DNA from: the human T2T-CHM13v2.0 reference genome, Homo sapiens
DNA length: 64,000 nucleotides
Assembly: GCF_009914755.1 (NCBI RefSeq)
Contig: NC_060943.1
Direction: 5' to 3' (one strand)
A program made the position numbers and the translations under genes. Position 1 is the first letter of the stretch, and every line of letters begins with the position of its first letter. Positions 47,756 through 64,000 of the stretch are shown piece by piece. Under the pieces are notes generated by a model that was given only the letters and a program-made list of their open reading frames with translations, searched no databases and was not told where the DNA came from.

Positions 47756-48818
47756 TTAATGAATGAATGATGAGACCGTTGGTGACATCTCCCACCTTCT
47801 CCCTCTCACTCCACTGCAGCCACACGGGGCTCCTCACTGTTCCCGTAGCAGCAGGCATGTGCCCCCACAGGGCCTCTGTACTGGCTGTTCCCACTGCCCG
47901 AACACCCTCATGCACCATCTGCACTGTCCAATACGGCCGCCTCTGGCCACACATGGCTACTGAGCAGTTGAACATGGCTGGTCCAAACCAAGATTTCCAA
48001 GACGTCGTGTGGTAAAAAAAACAACATAAAATTTTGCAAAAATGTTTCTATTGATTATGTTAAAATTATGATGTTTTAGGTATATTAGGTTAAATCAGCT
48101 ATTTTATCAAAATGAATCTCGCCTGTTTGTTTTTGCTTTTTTTTTTTTTTTGAGATGGAGTCTCGCTCTGTCGCCCAGGCTAGAGTACAATGGCGTGGTC
48201 TCAGCTCACTGCATCACTGCAACCTCTACCTCCCAGGTTCAAGCGATTCTCCTACCTCACCCTCCCAAGTGGCTGGGATTACAGGCGTGTGCCACCACAC
48301 CCAGCTAATTTTTGTATTTTTGTAGAGACAGGGTTTCACCATGTTGGCCAGGCTGGTCTCGAACTGCTGACCTCGTGATCTACCTGCCTCGGCCTCCCAA
48401 AGTCCTGGGATTACAGGTGTGGGCCACTGCGCCGGCCATGTTTCTCGACTTCTGCTGGCAAGCATGTTCCAGTATTTGCATGGCTCCTAGCCCTCATCTC
48501 CATTTCTCTGCACAGATGTTATCTTCCCCATGAGGTCTGCCTTATACATGAGGCCTGTATTATAAAGTGCAACTGCCAATTCGCCAACCCCGTTGTTTCT
48601 TCTCTCCAGAACACTAGGCACCATCTGATCTCCTATGCCTTTTCCTTATTGTCAGATACTGAACTCTCAGATACAGTTCCCCTTCCTCCCTCCAGGGGGC
48701 GCCATGGAACGCAGGGCCCTCACTGGCCCTGGGGACTGGGTGACGTCAGGGGTGAGCCTCTGGTGATTGGCTCCCTCACCCTGCGTAAGATCAAAGGGAC
48801 TAAAGGACAGCCCCGACA

Positions 48819-48938
48819 CCCGGAGCCATTGTGGCTCCGGCCGGTTGCGCGGGCCCTCGGACCCTCGGAGAGGCGAGGGTTCGAGGGCACGAGTTCGAGG
48901 CCAACCTGGTCCACATGGGTTGAAAAAAAAATTTTTTT
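48819..48938 (+). ncRNA. SNAR-C: snaR-C-type gene (unit 10; private A>G at 48867)
   Basis: C-type body with ACCCTCGGAGAGG instead of ACCCTCAGAGAGG; A9-T7 end. Confidence 0.88.
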
Positions 48939-49007
48939 ATCGTTCCCAATATAACAACAAAACATAAAGGGAGGACGCCTTGATAGGAAGAAATGACATC
49001 TTCCTAA

Positions 49008-49211
<204 letters not shown>

Positions 49212-49912
49212 TGACCAGGCTGGTCTTGAACACCTGGCCTCAAATGATCCACTCGCCTTGGTCTCCCAAAGTGGTAGGATGACAGGCGTGAGCCACCGCG
49301 CCCAGCCTCTTCTATTCTTTTAGAGACAGCGTCTCACTCTGTTGCCCAGGCTGGAGTGCATTGATGTGATGTGTGATCATAGCTCATTGCAGCCCTGACC
49401 ATCCGAGCTCAAGCAATCCTTCTGCCTCAGCCTCCTGAGTAGCTGGGGCCGCAGATGTGCACCACTGCACCTGGCTAATTTTTAACATTTTTTGTGGAGC
49501 CAGAGTCTGTATAAAATAAAGTGTAAATAGTACCATAAATAAAGAATACATAGTACCATTTTATAGTAGTATAAAACGGACATTAGAAACTCTGGACTTA
49601 AAGTTTAAAAAAATACACAAAAGTAGTTCTCAAGTTCTAGAGACTTGGAGAATCCAGGAATCAACAATGTCGTGGAACTCCTACAGCCTTTCATAAAGAA
49701 TGGCCCTCGAGGAAAGTGGAATTGTCAGTGGGCATTGTGTTCGTGCCTCAGCTAAACACGGCAGGAATTTATTTATAACCTAGTGTAACATCCTCGAGGC
49801 ACTGTTCAATTAGTCAAGCAATTGTAAAATTCTCCCAGTCTTAGAAAAGATACAGGTGTGTGTCCCTCTGCTGTGGCTGTGCACTGAGGCTTCGGTAAAG
49901 GTTGCCGTCTAA

Positions 49913-50065
<153 letters not shown>

Positions 50066-51156
50066 TGAACAGCTGGGATTACAGGCACCCGTCCCCATGC
50101 CCGTGTAATTTTTGTATATTTAGTAGAGATGGGGTTTTCAGCATGTTGGCCAGGCTGGTCTCGAACTCCTTACCTCAAGTGATCCATCCGCCTCAGCCTC
50201 CCAAAGTGTTGGGATTATAGGCGTGAGCCACTGCGCCCGGCTTCTTGAATTAGTTTCTAGGAGAAGCCAAGAACCCCCCCGGGCTAAGCCTCAATTTTGG
50301 GGCTCGCCTGTGCTGCATCAGCTTCACACCTAGAGAAGAGAGTGAAAGAGAAGGGAGAGCCGTCCTTTTGGGCTGCCTTGAAATAAAGGTTGACCCATGG
50401 GTTCATGTATTGTCATTCATTCTCATTTTCTCTTCCTCTCTTTCTCTCTCTCCCCTGCCCCTTAAGTTAGCTTTTCTAAACCCTACCTGGATAAGGATAA
50501 GAAATAGAAGGAGGGGACACTTTAGGATGCTACAAAATAAAATACAACAACAACAATAACAGCAGCAGCAACAACAACAACAGCAACAAAAGGGGAAGAA
50601 ACAAATCTGGCCACTGCACATTCCTCCTTGCCAACAAAAAGCCGTGGATGCAAAAAGCTGCCCTTCACTGCATAGACAGAACAGGGCGCGCTCGAGCTAT
50701 GAATCTCGGAAATTACTCAAACCATCAGCCTCTGCAAGAAGCAAAGTGGACGGCCGGGCGCGGTGGCTCACTCCTGGAATCCCAGCACTTTGGGAGCCCG
50801 AGGTGGGCGGATCACGAGGTCAGGAGATCGAGACTGTTCTGGCTAAACCAGTGAAACCCCCTCTCTACTAAAAAAATAACAAAAGCGAAGTGCATCTCCC
50901 ATAAACGAGGTACTGCAGGAAGAAAGCAGAAAATGAGACCCGAGTACACACATGCACGCGGGCGCGCGCACACACACACCAGAAGAAATGAACCAAGAGG
51001 AAAGGAAACATTTTCAAATAAGGATTTGGAGATGGGAAAAACACCTTGAAACAGAAATTCATAAAGCACAGAATTTTTTTTTTAAGTTAAAAAGGAACAA
51101 TAATAGACAAAATGAATGAAAAATTAAATGTCATATCAGAAGTGAAGATAAATTAA

Positions 51157-51369
<213 letters not shown>

Positions 51370-52912
51370 TAGAGTCATCATGGAAATTAAACAACCTGCT
51401 TCCAAATGACTTTTGGGTAAAGACTGAAATTAAGGCAGAAATAAAAAAATTATTTGAAACTAATGAAAACAAACATACAACATCCCAGAATCTCTGGGAC
51501 ACAGCTAGAACAGTGCTCAAAGGAAGTTTATAGTGCTAAGTGGCTACATTAATAAGCTAGAAAGATCTCAAATGAACAGCCTAACATCACACCTAGAGGA
51601 ATTAGAAAAACAAGAGCAAATCAACCCCAAAGCTAGCAGAAGAAAAAAAAAAAACCAACATCGGAGCTGAGCTGAATGAAATTGTGATGTAAAAAACCAT
51701 ACAAAAGATCAATGAAACCCAAAGTTGATTTTTTTAAAAAATTATTTATTTATTATTTATTCCATAAATTATTGGGGTACAGGTGGTATGTGGTTACATA
51801 AGCTCTTTAGTGGTGATTTGTGATTTTGGTGCACCCATCACCTGAGCAGTATACACTACCCCCTATTTGTTGTCTTTTATCCCTCGCCCTCGCCAACTCG
51901 TCCCCCTAAGTCCCCAAAGTCCATTGTATCATTCTTATGCCTTTGTGTCCTCATAGCTTAGGTCCCACATATCAGTGAGAACATACGATGTTTGGTTTTC
52001 CATTCCTGAGTTACTTCACTTAGAATAATACTCTCCGGTCTCATCCAGGTCACTGCAAATGCTGTTAATTCATACAAAGTTGATATTTTTGGAAGCATAA
52101 ATAACATGGAAAGACCACTAGCTAGATTAATAAAGAAAAAAAGACAAGATCCAAATAAACACAATCAGAAATGACAGAGGTGACATTACCACTGACCCAC
52201 AGACATACAAGAAACCCTGAGACTATTCCACATGCCTCTATGCACAAAAACTAGAAAACTAGAAGAAATAGAGAAATTCCTGGAAACATAAAACCTCTCA
52301 AGATTGAACCAGGAAGAAATGGAAACCCTGAACAAACCAACGATGAGTTCCAAAATTGAGTTAGTCATACAAGACCTACCAACCAGCGCAAAAAACCTTA
52401 GACTAGACGGATTCACAGTCGAATTCTACCAGATGTGTAAAGAAAAGCCGGCACCAATCCTACTGAAATTATTCCACACAATTGAGGAGGAGCAACTGCT
52501 CTCTAACTCATTCTATGAGGTCAGAGTCATTCTGATACCGAAACCTGGCAGAGACACAACGAAAAAAGGAAAATAGGTAAAGTAATACATATGTTAATGA
52601 TCTTGATTTAGCCATTCTACGGTATATACATATTTCAAAACAATATGTACATGATAAATATGTACAATTTGTCAATTAAAAATATATAAAAGGAAGAGGA
52701 AAAAATTCAAATGGCGTAGAATTTGAAAGGAGAAGATACAGAACAAACTCCAGTGTCTTCTTTATTCAACTATATATACACACGTTCAATGGACCGGGAG
52801 CAGTGGCTCAAGCCTGTAATCACAGCACTTTGGGAGGTCAAGGCGGGCAGATCACCTGAGGTCGGGAGTTCGAGACCAGCCTGACCAACAGAGAGAAACC
52901 CCAGCTCTACTA

Positions 52913-53065
<153 letters not shown>

Positions 53066-54175
53066 TCAGTCTCAAAAAAAAAAAAAAAAAAAAAAAAAAG
53101 GATTTAATGAATGAATGATGAGACCGTTGGTGACATCTCCCACCTTCTCCCTCTCACTCCACTGCAGCCACACGGGGCTCCTCACTGTTCCCGTAGCAGC
53201 AGGCATGTGCCCCCACAGGGCCTCTGTACTGGCAGTTCCCACTGCCCGAACACCCTCATGCACCATCTGCACTGTCCAATACGGCCGCCTCTGGCCACAC
53301 ATGGCTACTGAGCAGTTGAACATGGCTGATCCAAACCAAGATTTCCAAGACGTCGTGTGGTAAAAAAAACAACATAAAATTTTGCAAAAATGTTTCTATT
53401 GATTATGTTAAAATTATGATGTTTTAGGTATATTAGGTTAAATCAGCTATTTTATCAAAATGAATCTCGCCTGTTTGTTTTTGCTTTTTTTTTTTTTTTT
53501 TTTTTTTTGAGATGGAGTCTCGCTCTGTCGCCCAGGCTAGAGTACAATGGCGTGGTCTCAGCTCACTGCATCACTGCAACCTCTACCTCCCAGGTTCAAG
53601 CGATTCTCCTACCTCACCCTCCCAAGTGGCTGGGATTACAGGCGTGTGCCACCACACCCAGCTAATTTTTGTATTTTTGTAGAGACAGGGTTTCACCATG
53701 TTGGCCAGGCTGGTCTCGAACTGCTGACCTCGTGATCTACCTGCCTCGGCCTCCCAAAGTCCTGGGATTACAGGTGTGGGCCACTGCGCCGGCCATGTTT
53801 CTCGACTTCTGCTGGCAAGCATGTTCCAGTATTTGCATGGCTCCTAGCCCTCATCTCCATTTCTCTGCACAGATGTTATCTTCCCCATGAGGTCTGCCTT
53901 ATACATGAGGCGTGTATTATAAAGTGCAACTGCCAATTCGCCAACCCCGTTGTTTCTTCTCTCCAGAACACTAGGCACCATCTGATCTCCTATGCCTTTT
54001 CCTTATTGTCAGATACTGAACTCTCAGATACAGTTCCCCTTCCTCCCTCCAGGGGGCGCCATGGAACGCAGGGCCCTCACTGGCCCTGGGGACTGGGTGA
54101 CGTCAGGGGTGAGCCTCTGGTGATTGGCTCCCTCACCCTGCGTAAGATCAAAGGGCCTAAAGGTCAGCCCCGACA

Positions 54176-54295
54176 CCCGGAGCCATTGTGGCTCCGGCCG
54201 GTTGCGCGGGCCCTCGGACCCTCAGAGAGGCGAGGGTTCGAGGGCACGAGTTCGAGGCCAACCTGGTCCACATGGGTTGAAAAAAAAATTTTTTT
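54176..54295 (+). ncRNA. SNAR-C: snaR-C-type gene (unit 11)
   Basis: C-type body starting CCCGGAGCCATTGTGGCTCCGG; A9-T7 end. Confidence 0.88.
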
Positions 54296-54364
54296 ATCGT
54301 TCCCAATATAACAACAAAACATAAAGGGAGGACGCCTTGATAGGAAGAAATGACATCTTCCTAA

Positions 54365-54568
<204 letters not shown>

Positions 54569-55255
54569 TGACCAGGCTGGTCTTGAACACCTGGCCTCAA
54601 ATGATCCACTCGCCTTGGTCTCCCAAAGTGGTAGGATGACAGGCGTGAGCCACCGCGCCCAGCCTCTTCTATTCTTTTAGAGACAGCGTCTCACTCTGTT
54701 GCCCAGGCTGGAGTGCATTGATGTGATGTGTGATCATAGCTCATTGCAGCCCTGACCATCCGAGCTCAAGCAATCCTTCTGCCTCAGCCTCCTGAGTAGC
54801 TGGGGCCGCAGATGTGCACCACTGCACCTGGCTAATTTTTAACATTTTTTGTGGAGCCAGAGTCTGTATAAAATAAAGTGTAAATAGTACCATAAATAAA
54901 GAATACATAGTACCATTTTATAGTAGTATAAAACGGACATTAGAAACTCTGGACTTAAAGTTTAAAAAAATACACAAAAGTAGTTCTCAAGTTCTAGAGA
55001 CTTGGAGAATCCAGGAATCAACAATGTCTTGGAACTCCTACAGCCTTTCATAAAGAATGGCCCTCGAGGAAAGTGGAATTGTCAGTGGGCATTGTGTTCG
55101 TGCCTCAGCTAAACACGGCAGGAATTTATTTATAACCTAGTGTAACATCCTCGAGGCACTGTTCAATTAGTCAAGCAATTGTAAAATTCTCCCAGTCTTA
55201 GAAAAGATACAGGTGTGTGTCCCTCTGCTGTGGCTGTGCACTGACGCTTCAGTAA

Positions 55256-55426
<171 letters not shown>

Positions 55427-56529
55427 TGAACAGCTGGGATTACAGGCACCCGTCCCCATGCCCGGGTAATTTTTGTATATTTAGTAGAGATGGGGTTTCA
55501 CCATGTTGGCCAGGCTGGTCTCGAACTCCTTACCTCAAGTGATCCATCCGCCTCAGCCTCCCAAAGTGCTGGGATTACAGGCGTGAGCCACTGCGCCCGG
55601 CTTCTTGAATTAGTTTCTAGGAGAAGCCAAGAACCCCCCCGGGCTAAGCCTCAATTTTGGGGCTCGCCTGTGCTGCATCAGCTTCACACCTAGAGAAGAG
55701 AGTGAAAGAGAAGGGAGAGCCGTCCTTTTGGGCTGCCTTGAAATAAAGGTTGACCCATGGGTTCATGTATTGTCATTCATTCTCATTTTCTCTTCCTCTC
55801 TTTCTCTCTCTCCCCTGCCCCTTAAGTTAGCTTTTCTACACCCTACCTGGATAAGGATAAGAAATAGAAGGAGGGGACACTTTAGGATGCTACAAAATAA
55901 AATACAACAACAACAACAATAACAGCAGCAGCAACAACAACAACAGCAACAAAAGGGGAAGAAACAAATCTGGCCACTGCACATTCCTCCTTGGCAACAA
56001 AAAGCCGCGGATGCAAAAAGCTGCCCTTCACTGCATAGACAGAACAGGGCGCGCTCGCGCTATGAATCTCGGAAATTACTCAAACCATCAGCCTCTGCAA
56101 GAAGCAAAGTGGACGGCCGGGCGCGGTGGCTCACTCCTGGAATCCCAGCACTTTGGGAGCCCGAGGTGGGCGGATCACGAGGTCAGGAGATCGAGACTGT
56201 TCTGGCTAAGCCAGTGAAACCCCCTCTCTACTAAAAAAATAACAAAAGCGAAGTGCATCTCCCATAAACGAGGTACTGCAGGAAGAAAGCAGAAAATGAG
56301 ACCCGAGTACACACATGCACGCGGGCGTGCGCACACACACACCAGAAGAAATGAACCAAGAGGAAAGGAAATATTTTCAAGTAAGCATTTGGAGATGGGA
56401 AAAACACCTTGAAACAGAAATTCATAAAGTACACACATGTTTTTTTTTTAAGTTAAAAGAGGAACAATAATAAACAGGCAGAAAATGAATAAAAAATAAA
56501 ATGTCATATCAGAAGTGAAGATAAATTAA

Positions 56530-56742
<213 letters not shown>

Positions 56743-58286
56743 TAGAGTCATCATGGAAATTAAACAACCTGCTTCCAAATGACTTTTGGGTAAAGACTGA
56801 AATTAAGGCAGAAATAAAAAAATTATTTGAAACTAATGAAAACAAACATACAACATCCCAGAATCTCTGGGACACAGCTACAACAGTGCTCAGAGGAAGT
56901 TTCTAGTGCTATATGGCTACATTAAGAAGCTAGAAAGATCTCAAATGAACCGCCTAACATCACACCTAGAGGAATTAGAAAAACAAGAGCAAATCAACCC
57001 CAAAGCTAGCAGAAGAAAAAAAAAAAAAACAAAATCAGAGCTGAGCTGAATGAAATTGAGATGTAAAATACCATACAAAAGATCAATGAAACCCAAAGTT
57101 GATTTTTAAAAAAAATTATTTATTTATTATTTATTCCATAAATTATTGGGGTACAGGTGGTATGTGGTTACATAAGCTCTTTAGTGGTGATTTGTGATTT
57201 TGGTGCACCCATCACCTGAGCAGTATACACTACCCCCTATTTGTTGTCTTTTATCCCTCGCCCTCGCCAACTCGTCCCCCTAAGTCCCCAAAGTCCATTG
57301 TATCATTCTTATGCCTTTGTGTCCTCATAGCTTAGGTCCCACATATCAGTGAGAACATACGATGTTTGGTTTTCCATTCCTGAGTTACTTCACTTAGAAT
57401 AATACTCTCCGGTCTCATCCAGGTCACTGCAAATGCTGTTAATTCATACAAAGTTGATATTTTTGGAAGCATAAATAACATGGAAAGACCACTAGCTAGA
57501 TTAATAAAGAAAAAAAGACAAGATCCAAATAAACACAATCAGAAATGACAGAGGTGACATTACCACTGACCCACAGACATACAAGAAACCCTGAGACTAT
57601 TCCACATGCCTCTATGCACAAAAACTAGAAAACTAGAAGAAATAGATAAATTCCTGGAAACATAAAACCTCTCAAGATTGAACCAGGAAGAAATGGAAAC
57701 CCTGAACAAACCAACGATGAGTTCCAAAATTGAGTTAGTCATACAAGACCTACCAACCAGCGCAAAAAACCTTAGACTAGACGGATTCACAGTCGAATTC
57801 TACCAGATGTGTAAAGAAAAGCCGGCACCAATCCTACTGAAATTATTCCACACAATTGAGGAGGAGCAACTGCTCTCTAACTCATTCTATGAGGTCAGAG
57901 TCATTCTGATACCGAAACCTGGCAGAGACACAACGAAAAAAGGAAAATAGGTAAAGTAATACATATGTTAATGATCTTGATTTAGCCATTCTACGGTATA
58001 TACATATTTCAAAACAATATGTACATGATAAATATGTACAATTTGTCAATTAAAAATATATAAAAGGAAGAGGAAAAAATTCAAATGGCGTAGAATTTGA
58101 AAGGAGAAGATACAGAACAAACTCCAGTGTCTTCTTTATTCAACTATATATACACACGTTCAATGGACCGGGAGCAGTGGCTCAAGCCTGTAATCACAGC
58201 ACTTTGGGAGGTCAAGGCGGGCAGATCACCTGAGGTCGGGAGTTCGAGACCAGCCTGACCAACAGAGAGAAACCCCAGCTCTACTA

Positions 58287-58439
<153 letters not shown>

Positions 58440-58448
58440 TCAGTCTCA

Positions 58449-58479
<31 letters not shown>

Positions 58480-59550
58480 TTAATGAATGAATGATGAGAC
58501 CGTTGGTGACATCTCCCACCTTCTCCCTCTCACTCCACTGCAGCCACACGGGGCTCCTCACTGTTCCCGTAGCAGCAGGCATGTGCCCCCACAGGGCCTC
58601 TGTACTGGCAGTTCCCACTGCCCGAACACCCTCATGCACCATCTGCACTGTCCAATACGGCCGCCTCTGGCCACACATGGCTACTGAGCAGTTGAACATG
58701 GCTGATCCAAACCAAGATTTCCAAGACGTCGTGTGGTAAAAAAAACAACATAAAATTTTGCAAAAATGTTTCTATTGATTATGTTAAAATTATGATGTTT
58801 TAGGTATATTAGGTTAAATCAGCTATTTTATCAAAATGAATCTCGCCTGTTTGTTTTTGCTTTTTTTTTTTTTTTTTTTTTTTGAGATGGAGTCTCGCTC
58901 TGTCGCCCAGGCTAGAGTACAATGGCGTGGTCTCAGCTCACTGCATCACTGCAACCTCTACCTCCCAGGTTCAAGCGATTCTCCTACCTCACCCTCCCAA
59001 GTGGCTGGGATTACAGGCGTGTGCCACCACACCCAGCTAATTTTTGTATTTTTGTAGAGACAGGGTTTCACCATGTTGGCCAGGCTGGTCTCGAACTGCT
59101 GACCTCGTGATCTACCTGCCTCGGCCTCCCAAAGTCCTGGGATTACAGGTGTGGGCCACTGCGCCGGCCATGTTTCTCGACTTCTGCTGGCAAGCATGTT
59201 CCAGTATTTGCATGGCTCCTAGCCCTCATCTCCATTTCTCTGCACAGATGTTATCTTCCCCATGAGGTCTGCCTTATACATGAGGCGTGTATTATAAAGT
59301 GCAACTGCCAATTCGCCAACCCCGTTGTTTCTTCTCTCCAGAACACTAGGCACCATCTGATCTCCTATGCCTTTTCCTTATTGTCAGATACTGAACTCTC
59401 AGATACAGTTCCCCTTCCTCCCTCCAGGGGGCGCCATGGAACGCAGGGCCCTCACTGGCCCTGGGGACTGGGTGACGTCAGGGGTGAGCCTCTGGTGATT
59501 GGCTCCCTCACCCTGCGTAAGATCAAAGGGCCTAAAGGTCAGCCCCGACA

Positions 59551-59670
59551 CCCGGAGCCATTGTGGCTCCGGCCGGTTGCGCGGGCCCTCGGACCCTCAG
59601 AGAGGCGAGGGTTCGAGGGCACGAGTTCGAGGCCAACCTGGTCCACATGGGTTGAAAAAAAAATTTTTTT
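59551..59670 (+). ncRNA. SNAR-C: snaR-C-type gene (unit 12)
   Basis: Identical to the unit 11 copy; T7 at 59664-59670. Confidence 0.88.
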
Positions 59671-59699
59671 ATCGTTCCCAATATAACAACAAAACATAA

Positions 59700-59944
<245 letters not shown>

Positions 59945-60631
59945 TGACCAGGCTGGTCTTGAACACCTGGCCTCAAATGATCCACTCGCCTTGGTCTCCC
60001 AAAGTGGTAGGATGACAGGCGTGAGCCACCGCGCCCAGCCTCTTCTATTCTTTTAGAGACAGCGTCTCACTCTGTTGCCCAGGCTGGAGTGCATTGATGT
60101 GATGTGTGATCATAGCTCATTGCAGCCCTGACCATCCGAGCTCAAGCAATCCTTCTGCCTCAGCCTCCTGAGTAGCTGGGGCCGCAGATGTGCACCACTG
60201 CACCTGGCTAATTTTTAACATTTTTTGTGGAGCCAGAGTCTGTATAAAATAAAGTGTAAATAGTACCATAAATAAAGAATACATAGTACCATTTTATAGT
60301 AGTATAAAACGGACATTAGAAACTCTGGACTTAAAGTTTAAAAAAATACACAAAAGTAGTTCTCAAGTTCTAGAGACTTGGAGAATCCAGGAATCAACAA
60401 TGTCGTGGAACTCCTACAGCCTTTCATAAAGAATGGCCCTCGAGGAAAGTGGAATTGTCAGTGGGCATTGTGTTCGTGCCTCAGCTAAACACGGCAGGAA
60501 TTTATTTATAACCTAGTGTAACATCCTCGAGGCACTGTTCAATTAGTCAAGCAATTGTAAAATTCTCCCAGTCTTAGAAAAGATACAGGTGTGTGTCCCT
60601 CTGCTGTGGCTGTGCACTGACGCTTCAGTAA

Positions 60632-60802
<171 letters not shown>

Positions 60803-61904
60803 TGAACAGCTGGGATTACAGGCACCCGTCCCCATGCCCGGGTAATTTTTGTATATTTAGTAGAGATGGGGTTTCACCATGTTGGCCAGGCTGGTCTCGA
60901 ACTCCTTACCTCAAGTGATCCATCCGCCTCAGCCTCCCAAAGTGCTGGGATTACAGGCGTGAGCCACTGCGCCCGGCTTCTTGAATTAGTTTCTAGGAGA
61001 AGCCAAGAACCCCCCCGGGCTAAGCCTCAATTTTGGGGCTCGCCTGTGCTGCATCAGCTTCACACCTAGAGAAGAGAGTGAAAGAGAAGGGAGAGCCGTC
61101 CTTTTGGGCTGCCTTGAAATAAAGGTTGACCCATGGGTTCATGTATTGTCATTCATTCTCATTTTCTCTTCCTCTCTTTCTCTCTCTCCCCTGCCCCTTA
61201 AGTTAGCTTTTCTACACCCTACCTGGATAAGGATAAGAAATAGAAGGAGGGGACACTTTAGGATGCTACAAAATAAAATACAACAACAACAACAATAACA
61301 GCAGCAGCAACAACAACAACAGCAACAAAAGGGGAAGAAACAAATCTGGCCACTGCACATTCCTCCTTGGCAACAAAAAGCCGCGGATGCAAAAAGCTGC
61401 CCTTCACTGCATAGACAGAAGAGGGCGCGCTCGAGCTATGAATCTCGGAAATTACTCAAACCATCAGCCTCTGCAAGAAGCAAAGTGGACGGCCGGGCGC
61501 GGTGGCTCACTCCTGGAATCCCAGCACTTTGGGAGCCCGAGGTGGGCGGATCACGAGGTCAGGAGATCGAGACTGTTCTGGCTAAACCAGTGAAACCCCT
61601 CTCTACTAAAAAAATAACAAAAGCGAAGTGCATCTCCCATAAACGAGGTACTGCAGGAAGAAAGCAGAAAATGAGACCCGAGTACACACATGCACGCGGG
61701 CGTGCGCACACACACACCAGAAGAAATGAACCAAGAGGAAAGGAAATATTTTCAAGTAAGCATTTGGAGATGGGAAAAACACCTTGAAACAGAAATTCAT
61801 AAAGTACACACATGTTTTTTTTTTAAGTTAAAAGAGGAACAATAATAAACAGGCAGAAAATGAATAAAAAATAAAATGTCATATCAGAAGTGAAGATAAA
61901 TTAA

Positions 61905-62117
<213 letters not shown>

Positions 62118-63662
62118 TAGAGTCATCATGGAAATTAAACAACCTGCTTCCAAATGACTTTTGGGTAAAGACTGAAATTAAGGCAGAAATAAAAAAATTA
62201 TTTGAAACTAATGAAAACAAACATACAACATCCCAGAATCTCTGGGACACAGCTACAACAGTGCTCAGAGGAAGTTTCTAGTGCTATATGGCTACATTAA
62301 GAAGCTAGAAAGATCTCAAATGAACCGCCTAACATCACACCTAGAGGAATTAGAAAAACAAGAGCAAATCAACCCCAAAGCTAGCAGAAGAAAAAAAAAA
62401 AAAAACAAAATCAGAGCTGAGCTGAATGAAATTGAGATGTAAAATACCATACAAAAGATCAATGAAACCCAAAGTTGATTTTTTAAAAAAATTATTTATT
62501 TATTATTTATTCCATAAATTATTGGGGTACAGGTGGTATGTGGTTACATAAGCTCTTTAGTGGTGATTTGTGATTTTGGTGCACCCATCACCTGAGCAGT
62601 ATACACTACCCCCTATTTGTTGTCTTTTATCCTTCGCCCTCGCCAACTCGTCCCCCTAAGTCCCCAAAGTCCATTGTATCATTCTTATGCCTTTGTGTCC
62701 TCATAGCTTAGGTCCCACATATCAGTGAGAACATACGATGTTTGGTTTTCCATTCCTGAGTTACTTCACTTAGAATAATACTCTCCGGTCTCATCCAGGT
62801 CACTGCAAATGCTGTTAATTCATACAAAGTTGATATTTTTGGAAGCATAAATAACATGGAAAGACCACTAGCTAGATTAATAAAGAAAAAAAGACAAGAT
62901 CCAAATAAACACAATCAGAAATGACAGAGGTGACATTACCACTGACCCACAGACATACAAGAAACCCTGAGACTATTCCACATGCCTCTATGCACAAAAA
63001 CTAGAAAACTAGAAGAAATAGATAAATTCCTGGAAACATAAAACCTCTCAAGATTGAACCAGGAAGAAATGGAAACCCTGAACAAACCAACGATGAGTTC
63101 CAAAATTGAGTTAGTCATACAAGACCTACCAACCAGCGCAAAAAACCTTAGACTAGACGGATTCACAGTCGAATTCTACCAGATGTGTAAAGAAAAGCCG
63201 GCACCAATCCTACTGAAATTATTCCACACAATTGAGGAGGAGCAACTGCTCTCTAACTCATTCTATGAGGTCAGAGTCATTCTGATACCGAAACCTGGCA
63301 GAGACACAACGAAAAAAGGAAAATAGGTAAAGTAATACATATGTTAATGATCTTGATTTAGCCATTCTACGGTATATACATATTTCAAAACAATATGTAC
63401 ATGATAAATATGTACAATTTGTCAATTAAAAATATATAAAAGGAAGAGGAAAAAATTCAAATGGCGTAGAATTTGAAAGGAGAAGATACAGAACAAACTC
63501 CAGTGTCTTCTTTATTCAACTATATATACACACGTTCAATGGACCGGGAGCAGTGGCTCAAGCCTGTAATCACAGCACTTTGGGAGGTCAAGGCGGGCAG
63601 ATCACCTGAGGTCGGGAGTTCGAGACCAGCCTGACCAACAGAGAGAAACCCCAGCTCTACTA

Positions 63663-63815
<153 letters not shown>

Positions 63816-64000
63816 TCAGTCTCAAAAAAAAAAAAAAAAAAAAAAAAAAGGATTTAATGAATGAATGATGAGACCGTTGGTGACATCTCCCACCTTCTCC
63901 CTCTCACTCCACTGCAGCCACACGGGGCTCCTCACTGTTCCCGTAGCAGCAGGCATGTGCCCCCACAGGGCCTCTGTACTGGCTGTTCCCACTGCCCGAA

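Overview
The whole 64-kb window is a hominid (most likely human chr19q13.33) head-to-tail macrosatellite of about 12 units of 5.35-5.375 kb. Each unit carries one + strand RNA polymerase III small non-coding RNA gene of the snaR (small NF90-associated RNA) family. Two gene types occur, in the order C-C-C-A-A-A-A-A-A-C-C-C (snaR-C-like x6, snaR-A-like x6). Each gene has an internal A/B box, an oligo-T terminator and an upstream module with a CTCF-like site and an inverted CCAAT. C-type copies also carry a perfect CRE, and all C copies except unit 10 carry AAAGGTCA. The rest of each unit is retroelement debris: seven Alu pieces, an internally deleted L1 with a nested antisense L1PB-type 3' end, L2 interrupted by MER33 and an Alu, and a CAA/CAG repeat. 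No protein-coding gene is supported; the ORFs are repeat-derived or lack any coding evidence. The snaR family itself is known. The most notable points are the concentration of A/C divergence in the RNA gene and its promoter, a base that trades A-box consensus against hairpin perfection, a phased CTCF-motif array, and mosaic units that record unequal crossover or gene conversion. Repeat subfamily calls are from recall of consensus sequences, not from a database search.
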